A stretch of 64,000 nt of DNA, from NCBI GenBank assembly GCA_965237415.1, contig CBDEFM010000001.1, positions 260,205 to 324,204 on the forward strand, given 5' to 3'. The position numbers were made by a program, and so were the translations under genes. The notes below the pieces were generated by a model. That model did not search any database, had not been told where the DNA came from, and saw only the letters and a list, made by a program, of their open reading frames with translations. Shown here piece by piece: positions 12,861 through 21,606 of this stretch (positions are counted from its first letter, which is position 1; each line of letters starts with the position of its first letter). This DNA is from Alphaproteobacteria bacterium (GTDB lineage: Bacteria; Pseudomonadota; Alphaproteobacteria; UBA828).

Positions 12861-13716
12861 GGCCCAAGAGCCCCTGTGGCCGGACGATCAGGGTGATTGC
12901 CATGAAGCCCACGCCCACCATCGTCGCGATCAGGTTGTCGGTGACCGTGGTGACGAAGGTGTGGATGAATCCGAGGATGGCAGCCGCCAGAATCGCACCC
13001 TCGATACTCGCCATCCCGCCCACGATGACGACCACGAAGGCGATCAGGATGACGCCGTGCCCCATATAGGGTGTCACGGAATGGATCGGCGCCATGAGCG
13101 CGCCGGCGAGCCCCGTCGAGGCACCGGCGAGCGCCATCGCCAGCGCCGTCATGCGGTTGGTGCGAATGCCCTGCAGCGCGGCGATCTCCGGATCCTGCGC
13201 GCAGGCGCGCAACGCCTTGCCCAGCTTGACGCGATAGAGGAAGAAGCGCAGCGCCAGCAACATTGCAAACGCGCAGGGGATCACGATCAGGCGTTGCCAG
13301 CCGAGCGTGGCGTCGCCGATGTCAGCGGCGCCCATATAGGGGGTCGGGATGCTCTTTGCCATCCCGACCCCCCAAATTTGCCCCGCGGCGACTTGCAGAA
13401 TAAATGCTAACCCGGCAGTCGCCATGAAGCCGGCAAGGATGTTCTTGCGGGTTGGACGGAAGATTAAGCGCTCCGTCACCAACCCGAACAGGGCGACGAT
13501 CGGGATCGCAAGAACGACCGCCAGAGGAAACGGCAGGCCGACGAGCGCGTAGAGAACGTAGACGCAGTAGGCGCCGACCATGAAGAACTCGCCATGGGCG
13601 AAGTTCGCCATCTTCATGACGCCGAAGGCGAGCGCGAGACCGACCGCAACGAGCGCGTAGATCGACGACGCCACCACTGAATTCAGCAGCGTCTGGATCA
13701 GGGTAGCGGCGTCCAT
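12847..13716 (-). CDS. livH: ABC transporter permease (LivH-like)
   Basis: 289 aa, multi-pass hydrophobic protein with the typical LivH N-terminus (LLNSVVASSIYALVAVGLALAFGVMKMANFAHGEF). Confidence 0.85.
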   Translation of the reverse strand: MDAATLIQTLLNSVVASSIYALVAVGLALAFGVMKMANFAHGEFFMVGAYCVYVLYALVGLPFPLAVVLAIPIVALFGLVTERLIFRPTRKNILAGFMATAGLAFILQVAAGQIWGVGMAKSIPTPYMGAADIGDATLGWQRLIVIPCAFAMLLALRFFLYRVKLGKALRACAQDPEIAALQGIRTNRMTALAMALAGASTGLAGALMAPIHSVTPYMGHGVILIAFVVVIVGGMASIEGAILAAAILGFIHTFVTTVTDNLIATMVGVGFMAITLIVRPQGLLGRERA

Positions 13717-13735
13717 GCGACTGGGTTCCGAGAAA

Positions 13736-13760
13736 CGGTCTCCGGACTATCCGGAGACCG
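13736..13760 (-). terminator. Perfect 10-bp stem / 5-nt loop hairpin (CGGTCTCCGG-ACTAT-CCGGAGACCG) between the binding-protein gene and the permease genes
   Basis: Read directly from the sequence. An intra-operon hairpin downstream of the highly expressed binding-protein gene is a common attenuating arrangement. There is no clear U-tract. Confidence 0.4.
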
Positions 13761-13790
13761 CTGGTCCGTACACTGTCGACCGATACGGAA

Positions 13791-13833
13791 GAACGGGGCG
13801 AGCGATCATGACGTTGTTTTGCTCGCCCCGTTC
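13791..13833 (-). terminator. 13-bp stem hairpin (GAACGGGGCGAGC...GCTCGCCCCGTTC) immediately downstream of the binding-protein stop codon
   Basis: Perfect 13-bp inverted repeat with a 17-nt loop, starting 7 nt after the stop at 13840. The T-tract is weak. Confidence 0.4.
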
Positions 13834-13839
13834 ACATGC

Positions 13840-15150
13840 TTACTGGCGCTGATCCCACATCTGACCGCGCGCCCGCACCTCGGCGATGATCGCCTCCTTA
13901 TGGGCGTCGAACCACGGCTCGAAGCGCATCATGGAGACGATGCGCTTGCACTTGCAGTCGGCGTCGAAGACGTTGGTCGGGATCGGGTGCGACATCATGT
14001 TCCTGATGCCCCACATGTCTTCGCCCGAGATCAGTGCCGGCCCCTCGATGGTCATGATGGCCCTCTCGGCCCGGATGGCCTCGAGCACGGCATCGGGATC
14101 GAAGCTGCCGGCCTTCTGCAGGCCGTGCAGATAGACCTGAACGATCGGCATGTAGAGCCAGTCGATTCCGGTCATCGGCGCGTTCACGTCTTCCGGTGCC
14201 CCGTCGCCGAAGCGCGCCTGCCAATCCTCGACGAACTGGCTTTGCATTGAGGGATTGCCCCACCAGGGGTCGTCCATGGTCGGATAGCTGTCGTAGCCGC
14301 CGACCTTCGCGGCCCACTCAGGCGGCACCTTCTGCAGCACCGATTCCCACTCGATGTAGTTCGCGTTGATGGGTCCTTCGAAGCCCTGCTGATAGAGCTG
14401 CTCCATCACGAGCGGAATAAAGTCCGGCCAGGTGATATTGAGCGCCACGGCATCCGGCTTGGCCGCGAGCAACGCGGTGACGACCGGCGCGAAGTCGGTG
14501 GTCTCAGGCGAGAAATGCTCGTCGTAGACGATCTCCCATCCTGCCGCCTTGGCCGCGCCCACTTCCCAGCTCTGCCCGACGAAGGTAACCGCGTCCTCCT
14601 GAGCGATGACCCCATAGGTGCGGAGCTCGGGATAGATGTTCTTGATGTAGAGCGGACGCATCATTTCGCCACGAGGGAACGAGTCCTCGCCGGCGATCAC
14701 GTAGGGGCGGTTGGGGTTGATGTCGGTGGACGCAAGCGGTGCATAGAACACTCCATTGTCCATCAAGAACGGAATCTGGGAATCTCCGGTCGTGCCGCCG
14801 ACACCCAGCACCATCTTGACTTCGCTCTCGAAGACGAGCTGCTTCGCGCCCTGAAGGGCTTTGCTCGGAACATATTCGTTGTCGAACTGGTGAATCTCGA
14901 TCGGATGGCGCGTATCGCCGACCAGGAGCCCGCCGTCCGCATTGACCCAATCCGCCAGAATTTGCAGGCCGGTAAGCCCGGGAAGACCCCAGCCCGCAAC
15001 CGGGCCGGACAACGGCGCATTGAAGCCGATGCCGATGGGATCCCCGATCTTCTCCTCCGCGTTCGCGTCGGGCAGCGTGCCGAACGCGAGGGCGCCCGCA
15101 GCAGTGAGTATCCCGACTGACCGAAGGGCCATCCTTGCTATCGACTTCAT
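13840..15150 (-). CDS. ABC transporter periplasmic substrate-binding protein (LivK/Peripla_BP_6-like, unusually long)
   Basis: 436 aa. Signal peptide MKSIARMALRSVGILTAAGALAFGTLPDANA. It is the first gene of the liv-type operon. Confidence 0.8.
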   Translation of the reverse strand: MKSIARMALRSVGILTAAGALAFGTLPDANAEEKIGDPIGIGFNAPLSGPVAGWGLPGLTGLQILADWVNADGGLLVGDTRHPIEIHQFDNEYVPSKALQGAKQLVFESEVKMVLGVGGTTGDSQIPFLMDNGVFYAPLASTDINPNRPYVIAGEDSFPRGEMMRPLYIKNIYPELRTYGVIAQEDAVTFVGQSWEVGAAKAAGWEIVYDEHFSPETTDFAPVVTALLAAKPDAVALNITWPDFIPLVMEQLYQQGFEGPINANYIEWESVLQKVPPEWAAKVGGYDSYPTMDDPWWGNPSMQSQFVEDWQARFGDGAPEDVNAPMTGIDWLYMPIVQVYLHGLQKAGSFDPDAVLEAIRAERAIMTIEGPALISGEDMWGIRNMMSHPIPTNVFDADCKCKRIVSMMRFEPWFDAHKEAIIAEVRARGQMWDQRQ

Positions 15151-15177
15151 GGTACCTCCCTTTCTCCTGACTGCGCC

Positions 15178-15456
15178 TTACTTAGTCATGTGAACCGCTA
15201 GCAGCCGGGCAGCATAGTCCTGCGGGAATCGCGGTTCAAGGCGCCCTCCCCCCAGGGCATGGCCAGGCATCCGCGCAGGATCACCCCCGCACATGCGACG
15301 CGCCGAGACCTTGGCGAGTGACCGCGCCGAGGTCGAGGCCAAAGCCAGCGCATCGCGCCAGCGCCGGAAGGTCCGCTCCGACACGCCGAGCACCTCCGCC
15401 GCCTCGGCCTGGCTCAACGGCCGCGCCGTGGTCCGCGCATACACCTCCTCACGCAC
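15178..15456 (-). pseudogene. Helix-turn-helix fragment, probably the N-terminal remnant of a transposase or regulator
   Basis: Only the first about 35 aa (EEVYARTTARPLSQAEAAEVLGVSERTFRRWRDA) look like an HTH of the kind at the N-terminus of some IS transposases. The rest is low complexity. It sits exactly at the transition from core to accessory DNA. Confidence 0.3.
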
Positions 15457-15562
15457 CTTCGGTTCTAACTATTTGAAATAGGGTCGGTTTTCTCCTGAAA
15501 TTCGGTGTCGGGGAACGGATTCTGCAACTTTTCGTTCCCCGGCTGCAACCGCAACCGGGAGA

Positions 15563-16690
15563 ATGAACATGTCCAGAATCGCGTTCACCGAGGCCCGTAT
15601 CAGGGCGCTCAAAACGCGCAAGGCAGCTTACGACCTACGCGACAGCAAGCTCACCGGATTCGGCGTCCGGGTCCTGCCCTCGGGCCGCAAACGCTTCTTC
15701 ATCCACTGTCAGCATAGGGGGGAGCGCCTCTGGAAGATCGTCGGCGACCCCGCGACGATGGATGTCCGCGAGGCACGGTCTCAAGCCACGGCGATGCTCG
15801 CCGCGATCCGGCGGGGCGAGGATGTGCCGGGCGAAACGGGCGGGGATTACTTCGAGGCGGTCGCCGAGACCGTGTTCCGGCGTCACGAACGGGTCTGGAA
15901 GTCGAGGACCCTTTACGTGAACCGGTGTTATCTGCGCAATCAGCTCCTGCCGCATTTCGCCGGACGCCGGGTCGCGGACATCGGCATGGACGATGTCCGG
16001 AACTGGTTTGCTTCGCTGCGTGCAACCCCGGTCGCGGCGGATCGCTCCATGCCGGTGCTTTCCGTCATCATGCGGGAGGCGGAAGCGATGGGCCTTCGGC
16101 CCGAGGGGTCCAACCCGTGCCGAGGCATCAGGCGATACCGCCGGAAGGGGCGGGAGCGCTTCCTGTCCGACGAAGAGATCCGCAGGTTGTCCGCAACGCT
16201 GTCGGCCCATGCGGACCGTCGCCCCGGACAGGTTGCGGTCATTCGCCTTCTCCTGCTGACCGGATGCCGCCAAGGCGAGATCCTGACACTGCGCTGGTCG
16301 GACTATCGCGAAGGCCATCTGTTCCTCCGGGACAGCAAGACGGGCCCCAGAACCGTCTGGCTGTCGGACCCGGCCAGGCGCATTCTCGATACCCTGGAGC
16401 GAACCGGTCCATGGGTCTTTCCGGCCGCGCAGCGGGACCGCCCGCGGAGCGCGGGGTGGCTGCACCGGTTCTGGTACCGGGTCCGCACGGAACCCGGCCT
16501 GTGCGACGTGCGCCTTCACGACCTGCGCCACACTCATGCCAGCATCGCCCTGAAGCAGGGCGCAACCGTCCTCGCGATCGGCAGGCTGCTCGGACACCGC
16601 AGCCCAGAGACGACGCTCAAATATACCCATCTCGCCGACACGATGGTCCACGAGGCCGCCGAGACGGTCGGCGCCGTGCTTGAGGGCTGA
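15563..16690 (+). CDS. Tyrosine integrase, P4-like (DUF4102 arm-binding N-terminus)
   Basis: 375 aa. N-terminal LTGFGVRVLPSGRKRFF. Catalytic motifs LLLLTGCRQGEILTLRW, HDLRHTHAS and LLGHRSPETTLKYTHL. Confidence 0.9.
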   Translation: MNMSRIAFTEARIRALKTRKAAYDLRDSKLTGFGVRVLPSGRKRFFIHCQHRGERLWKIVGDPATMDVREARSQATAMLAAIRRGEDVPGETGGDYFEAVAETVFRRHERVWKSRTLYVNRCYLRNQLLPHFAGRRVADIGMDDVRNWFASLRATPVAADRSMPVLSVIMREAEAMGLRPEGSNPCRGIRRYRRKGRERFLSDEEIRRLSATLSAHADRRPGQVAVIRLLLLTGCRQGEILTLRWSDYREGHLFLRDSKTGPRTVWLSDPARRILDTLERTGPWVFPAAQRDRPRSAGWLHRFWYRVRTEPGLCDVRLHDLRHTHASIALKQGATVLAIGRLLGHRSPETTLKYTHLADTMVHEAAETVGAVLEG

Positions 16691-16693
16691 GCG

Positions 16694-17842
16694 GTGGCGC
16701 ACAAGAAACGCGTGCGACTCACCGATACGGCCATCGCCCGCCTGCGCCCCCGCGAGCGGGAATATACGGTCTGGGACGGGAGCCTGCCCGGTCTCGGGGT
16801 CCGGGTCCGTCCGTCCGGAGGACGCAGCTGGATATTCCTGCTCAAGACGGATGGAGGGACCCGCAAGATCTCCCTCGGGCCGGCGGCGCTGAAGATAGCC
16901 GAGGAGGCCCGCCGCGAGTGCCACGTCCTGTCCGCGGCGCCCGGCCACGAGCGCGAGCCCGAGGAGACCGGGCACGTGGCACCTTTGTTCCGGGCTTTCG
17001 TCGCCGGCGCGTGGAAGACGGCTCACTTCAACCGGTACAAGCCTTCGACGCGGAGGGGCGTGCGATATGTCCTTGCCAGGCAGCTCTTGCCCGCGTTCGG
17101 ATCGAGGCCATTGGATCGAATATCCCGGGCACAGGTCAGATGCTGGTTCGACACATTCAGCCAGACCGCCCCGGCGGGTGCCAACCGTGCTCTCGACATC
17201 TTGCGGCAGATCATGAACTTCGCAATCGCCTGCGGCCACATCGACGCCAATCCCGCGCGCGGCGCAAAAAGGAACCGACGTCAGCCGCTCACCCGCTTCC
17301 TGTCCCGCGAGGAGATCGGCCGCCTCCATAGCGTCCTGGACAAGCAGTCCGGCAAGAGCCGCACGCGGCAGGCCGACATCATCCGGCTTCTGCTGCTCAC
17401 CGGATGCCGCAAAAGCGAGATCGTGCAGCTGCGCCGGTCCGAGGTCCGGGACGACGTGCTCACCTTGGCCGACAGCAAGACCGGGCCGCGAAACGTGCCC
17501 CTCAACGCAGGAGCCCGGCGCATCCTCGAACGGCAGCCCCAATGCGGGAGCCCGTTCGTGTTTCCGTCGCCCCGCGACCCGGCCCGGCCGCGCAGTCTCA
17601 ACCTCCCGCTATGGTATCGGGTCCGGCGGGAAGCCGGGATCGAGGATGTCCGTCTTCATGATCTCCGCCATACGGTGGCGAGCCATGCCGTCATGAACGG
17701 GGTGCCGGTGCCGGTGGTATCCCGGCTGCTCGGCCACTCCAATGTGCGCATGACGCTACGCTATGCCCATCTCGGGGACCGGGAAATCGAGGCTGCGGCC
17801 GAAAGCATCGGCCAATTCATCGCCGATATCATGGACATGTAG
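16694..17842 (+). CDS. Second tyrosine integrase, P4-like, 3 nt downstream of the first
   Basis: 382 aa with a GTG start. LPGLGVRVRPSGGRSW, LLLLTGCRKSEIVQLRR, HDLRHTVASHAV, LLGHSNVRMTLRYAHL. Confidence 0.9.
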   Translation: MAHKKRVRLTDTAIARLRPREREYTVWDGSLPGLGVRVRPSGGRSWIFLLKTDGGTRKISLGPAALKIAEEARRECHVLSAAPGHEREPEETGHVAPLFRAFVAGAWKTAHFNRYKPSTRRGVRYVLARQLLPAFGSRPLDRISRAQVRCWFDTFSQTAPAGANRALDILRQIMNFAIACGHIDANPARGAKRNRRQPLTRFLSREEIGRLHSVLDKQSGKSRTRQADIIRLLLLTGCRKSEIVQLRRSEVRDDVLTLADSKTGPRNVPLNAGARRILERQPQCGSPFVFPSPRDPARPRSLNLPLWYRVRREAGIEDVRLHDLRHTVASHAVMNGVPVPVVSRLLGHSNVRMTLRYAHLGDREIEAAAESIGQFIADIMDM

Positions 17843-18026
17843 AATGACCGTTGGCCGGCGTATTCGCCTCGTACCGCTGGTCCGTGGGGTGTGAAAACCA
17901 ACGCGGCTCCGCCCTTGTAGCCGGACGACGGCACAGCTTATGGTTAGGACTCTTTGCTGTTTGTTGGTCGGCGCGCGGATTGGACGCCGATCGGCGCGCT
18001 AACTAGTTGTTTTCTTTTGACTCATA

Positions 18027-18064
18027 GGGGTCAACATCGCGCGCTTAACAACACTCAAGCTCGC
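18027..18064 (+). repeat. 38-bp GGGG-type terminal inverted repeat, copy L (GGGGTCAACATCGCGCGCTTAACAACACTCAAGCTCGC)
   Basis: Matches the reverse complement of 22984-23021 at 32/38 positions. Matches 22081-22108 (same orientation) at 22/28. Confidence 0.7.
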
Positions 18065-18238
18065 TGCGCTCCTCCGCAGTCAACTTGATCTCCACCGATG
18101 GCCGCATCACCATGCCCCCCGATTCGATACCACCCCTTTAACAATACGAACTTTTGGGAATTATATCGAATAGTCACATTTTCCGCTTGACCATGCGCCC
18201 ATCAATCTTTATCTTATAGTCACACAAGGGGATTGAAG

Positions 18239-19225
18239 ATGGCTCGCAAGGCACCCGGTAAATCGCATCGCAAGGGACTGACCTTCATGGAGGTCGCCGA
18301 CATGTTCCGCGACGAAGAGACGGCGCGGGAGTGGATCGAGAAAGAGCGCTGGCCCGATGGCCCGTACTGCCCAAAGTGCGGATCGTTCAACGTCCAGTCC
18401 AAGATCAAGCACAAGACCATGACGCACCGTTGCCGGGAGTGCATGAGCGGCAAGAGCAAGACCATGTTCACCGTCCGCATCGGCACCGTCATGGAAAGCA
18501 CGAAGATGCCCTACCGCGCTTGGGCGGTCGGCATTTACCTGTTCACGACGAACATCAAGGGCGTGTCGTCCATGAAGCTGCATCGCGAACTGGGCATCAG
18601 TCAGAAGGCGGCATGGTTCATGCTGCATCGGCTGCGGCTGGCGTTTGACGCCGAGACCGGGCCGTTCACGGGGCCGGTGGAAGTGGACGAAACGCATATC
18701 GGTGGCAAGCGGAAGAACAAGCCGTTGGCGAAACGGAAAGAGCTGAAAGGTCGCGGCGCGGTGGACATGACCACCGTTGCCGGGGCGAAGGACCGCGAGA
18801 CCAACCGGATTGCGGCCCGCGTCGTTGCAGATACCGATGCGCCGACGCTGCAAGGTTTCGTTCGCGAGCACGCCAAACCCGGCGCGACGGTCTATACGGA
18901 CGAGGCGAGAGCCTACAAGGGGATGCCCGAATTCACCCATGAGGCCGTCAATCACAGCGTCGGCGAATATGTCCGCGATATGGCTTCGACGAATGGCATG
19001 GAGAGCTTCTGGTCCATGCTGGAGCGCGGGCATCAGGGCATCTACCACAAGTTCTCGCCGAAGCATCTTGATCGCTACGTGACGGAATTCGCCGGCCGGC
19101 ATAACGACCGCGAAGCCGATACCGTCGATCAAATGACGGGGATCGTTGCGGGCATGGTCGGGAAACGGCTGACCTATGCCGATCTGACCGCGGACAATGG
19201 GCTGGACTCGGGAGCGCGCTCATGA
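18239..19225 (+). CDS. IS1595-family (ISXO2-like) DDE transposase with N-terminal zinc ribbon
   Basis: RWPDGPYCPKCGSFNVQSK..HRCRECMSGK zinc ribbon, MPYRAWAVGIYLFTTNIKGVSSMKLHRELGISQKAAWFMLHRLR HTH, and EVDETHIGGKRKN. The track start 18233 is TTG; ATG 18239 is preferred. Confidence 0.9.
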   Translation: MARKAPGKSHRKGLTFMEVADMFRDEETAREWIEKERWPDGPYCPKCGSFNVQSKIKHKTMTHRCRECMSGKSKTMFTVRIGTVMESTKMPYRAWAVGIYLFTTNIKGVSSMKLHRELGISQKAAWFMLHRLRLAFDAETGPFTGPVEVDETHIGGKRKNKPLAKRKELKGRGAVDMTTVAGAKDRETNRIAARVVADTDAPTLQGFVREHAKPGATVYTDEARAYKGMPEFTHEAVNHSVGEYVRDMASTNGMESFWSMLERGHQGIYHKFSPKHLDRYVTEFAGRHNDREADTVDQMTGIVAGMVGKRLTYADLTADNGLDSGARS

Positions 19226-19638
19226 CCGATGAAGAACGCCGTCAACAGAACTGGGTGGAACTCCGGGCAGACTGCACGGCGCAAGGAATCTTCGATCTCA
19301 TTGTGAACGCCGTGAAGCGCGACGTTGAGCGATTCAACAAACTCCCTCCGCAGAGGCGCCGAGACCGAACCTTCAAGCTCGAACAGAATGAACGGGAAAT
19401 CGTTGGTGTCGCTCAAGTGAACGATTCCGGGGAGTGGATAAAAGGGCTGATGGGCATAAACATTGAAAAGACCGGAGCGACTATTAGGGTATGGCGCAAC
19501 CGAGATTGTCAATTTGCGGTCGAACAGGAATGGAATGAAGAGACGCTCGCCTGCGACCTGAAGATCGACGGTAAGCGCTATTCGGTCTGGCAGATCAGTC
19601 AGAAGGCGATCGGTGACCTGCTGTTCGGCTATGGCTGA
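19222..19638 (+). CDS. Hypothetical protein (138 aa), first passenger gene of the IS
   Basis: Its start overlaps the transposase stop (ATGA). Its stop overlaps the next start (ATGGCTGA). I recognise no motif. Confidence 0.55.
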   Translation: MTDEERRQQNWVELRADCTAQGIFDLIVNAVKRDVERFNKLPPQRRRDRTFKLEQNEREIVGVAQVNDSGEWIKGLMGINIEKTGATIRVWRNRDCQFAVEQEWNEETLACDLKIDGKRYSVWQISQKAIGDLLFGYG

Positions 19639-21040
19639 TCCCAACTTCGCGAGCGGCACGGTCTGGACGGGCGACAACCTCGCGGTCATGCGGGGCATGA
19701 ACAGTGGGTGCGTCGATCTGATCTACTTGGACCCGCCGTTCAACTCCAATCGGCACTACGAGGCGCCGATAGGGAGCAAGGCCGCCGGGGCCTCGTTCAA
19801 GGACGCATGGACCCTGGACGACGTTGACGTGTGCGAGCATGGCGAACTAGCCGATCGCAACCCAGCGGCATACTGTGTCATCGAAGCGGCACGCATGGCG
19901 CATGGAAAGTCCATGCAATCATACTTGATCTTCATGGCGGTACGGTTGCTGGAAATGAGGCGCATCCTAAAGCCCACGGGCAGCATCTATTTGCACTGCG
20001 ATCCGACTGCGAGCCATTACCTGAAGTTACTAATGGACAGTATTTTTGGACAAGACAGCTTTCGTAATGAAATTGTGTGGCAACGGACGCCCGCGAAGGC
20101 GTTGATGACCACGCGGCTGGCGACCAACCATGATATTTTGTTTGTTTATCAGATGGCAGAGCGTGCAACATGGAATGCAGACGCAGCCTTCATCCCATAT
20201 GATCCGAACAACCTCGACAGTCGGACGGCTTCTAAATATCGGCACTTAGATGCCGACGGGCGGGTGTACCGTCTTGATAACTTGACTAATCCGAACAGAA
20301 ATAGGCCGAACCTAACATACGAATTCATGGGCGTTACTCGTGTATGGCGCTGGACACAAGAACGAATGCTAGAAGCGTATGACGCGGGATTGATCGTTCA
20401 AAACAAGCCGGGAGGTGTGCCTCAGCTAAAGCGGTATTTGGATGAGCAGAAGGGACGGCCAGTCGGAGATGTATGGGCAGATATTCCGCCTATAAATTCG
20501 CAAGCGAAGGAGCGGATAGGCTATCCCACTCAAAAGCCCTTAGCCTTGCTAAGGCGGATCATTACACTGAGTACCTATCCCGATGATTTTGTGCTTGATC
20601 CCTTCTGCGGTTGCGCCACGGCCCTTGTCGCGGCGGATCGGCTCCAACGGAAGTGGGCCGGTATCGACCTCTCGCCGCTCGCCATAAAGCTAGTTAACGA
20701 GAGAATCGCGGGAGATCGGGCAGCCACCAAGGAGGCCGAACACAACCCCGTGATCGGCGGCTCCCTGTTCCGCGTAACAGCCCTGACAGAGCCCCCCAGC
20801 CGAACGGACCTAGGAGACCTTCCCAACTACCGGACACACCGGCACCGCCTCTACGGCGTACAGGAGGGCGTCTGCGCAGGCTGCGAGACGCACTTCCCGT
20901 TCCGCGTCATGGACGTTGACCACATGCTGCCCCGCTCACGCGGTGGGACGGATCATCCCGACAATCTTCAACTGCTCTGCTCCGGTTGCAACCGGAGCAA
21001 GGGCGGTAAAACGATGGCCGAATGGAGGGCCGCGCAGTGA
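19631..21040 (+). CDS. N6-adenine/N4-cytosine DNA methyltransferase (beta-class motif order) fused to a C-terminal HNH endonuclease domain
   Basis: Motif IV DLIYLDPPFNSN lies near the N-terminus, and the AdoMet motif VLDPFCGCATALVAA lies later. The C-terminal CAGCETHF..DVDHMLPRSRGGTDHPDNLQLLCSGCNRSKGG is a canonical HNH with two CxxC pairs. ATG at 19631. Confidence 0.85.
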   Translation: MADPNFASGTVWTGDNLAVMRGMNSGCVDLIYLDPPFNSNRHYEAPIGSKAAGASFKDAWTLDDVDVCEHGELADRNPAAYCVIEAARMAHGKSMQSYLIFMAVRLLEMRRILKPTGSIYLHCDPTASHYLKLLMDSIFGQDSFRNEIVWQRTPAKALMTTRLATNHDILFVYQMAERATWNADAAFIPYDPNNLDSRTASKYRHLDADGRVYRLDNLTNPNRNRPNLTYEFMGVTRVWRWTQERMLEAYDAGLIVQNKPGGVPQLKRYLDEQKGRPVGDVWADIPPINSQAKERIGYPTQKPLALLRRIITLSTYPDDFVLDPFCGCATALVAADRLQRKWAGIDLSPLAIKLVNERIAGDRAATKEAEHNPVIGGSLFRVTALTEPPSRTDLGDLPNYRTHRHRLYGVQEGVCAGCETHFPFRVMDVDHMLPRSRGGTDHPDNLQLLCSGCNRSKGGKTMAEWRAAQ

Positions 21041-21216
21041 CCGACAAACCCCGCAAGCGCAAGCTGCCGAAGCCCAGGACGATCACGCTGCCCGATCAGA
21101 GCTACCAGCCGCCGAAGGCGGAGCAGGAGAAAGAGCACGACATGCCGGGTGCGTCCAAGAAGACGGTGCGCCGTGCATTCTTCCGTCCGGTCAACGTCCG
21201 CCGCGAGGACGGATGA
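21022..21216 (+). CDS. Hypothetical small basic protein (64 aa)
   Basis: Overlaps the methyltransferase 3' end by 19 nt, and its stop overlaps the next start (ATGA). Lys/Arg/Pro-rich. Coding status rests mainly on this coupling. Confidence 0.4.
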   Translation: MEGRAVTDKPRKRKLPKPRTITLPDQSYQPPKAEQEKEHDMPGASKKTVRRAFFRPVNVRREDG

Positions 21217-21554
21217 AGGGGAAGAAATATAGAAGGCAGATGAAGCGCCTGCGGAAGATGCTGGCCGATGGAACGCGCTACCAGGGCGGGGCGTACAAAG
21301 ACGGCAAGAGGCATGGCCCTTGGGTGGCAATCCGTCGTAATGGGACTGTTGTGGTGTGCGAGTACAAGGAGGGCGCGATGGTTGGCCGTCCTCGCAAACT
21401 CAAGAAGGGTCATTGGCCGCCGGTCATAGCTACGGTGCGGGCCCAAGGCTCTGTTTCAGCACGGAGCTGGGGCCACGCGAGGATGCACGGCCCACCTCTT
21501 CGGGGTGGGAGGGCTGACGGCAATCAGGTGTCGCGACTACGATTCACAATGTGA
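21213..21554 (+). CDS. Hypothetical protein with one MORN/YwqK-like repeat (113 aa)
   Basis: GAYKDGKRHGPWVAIRRNGTVVVCEYKEG resembles a MORN-type repeat. The stop codon lies inside IRR. Confidence 0.4.
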   Translation: MKGKKYRRQMKRLRKMLADGTRYQGGAYKDGKRHGPWVAIRRNGTVVVCEYKEGAMVGRPRKLKKGHWPPVIATVRAQGSVSARSWGHARMHGPPLRGGRADGNQVSRLRFTM

Positions 21555-21606
21555 CTATTCGATATAATCCCCGAACTTTTCGTACAGAACACTAGCACCG
21601 GAGGAC

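Larger units (their letters stand above)
18156..21572 (+). mobile_element. IS1595-family insertion sequence with passenger genes (transporter IS), 3,417 bp
   Basis: IRL GGGAATTATATCGAATAGTCACATT (18156-18180) matches the reverse complement of IRR (21548-21572) at 24/25. A perfect 8-bp direct repeat GAACTTTT abuts both ends (18148-18155 and 21573-21580). The element encodes an ISXO2/IS1595-type DDE transposase. Confidence 0.9.

Noticed and set aside
15510-15540. 8-bp inverted repeat GGGGAACG...CGTTCCCC 22 nt upstream of the first integrase, considered as an SOS box or att core.
   Set aside because: The GAAC...GTTC spacing is 17 nt, not 7. The stem is short, and no matching repeat was found at any candidate right end within the window.
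19174-19698. 174-aa minus-strand ORF overlapping orf138 inside the IS.
   Set aside because: The plus-strand ORF is linked to its neighbours by ATGA and ATGGCTGA overlaps and fits the co-directional operon. The minus-strand ORF has no such support.
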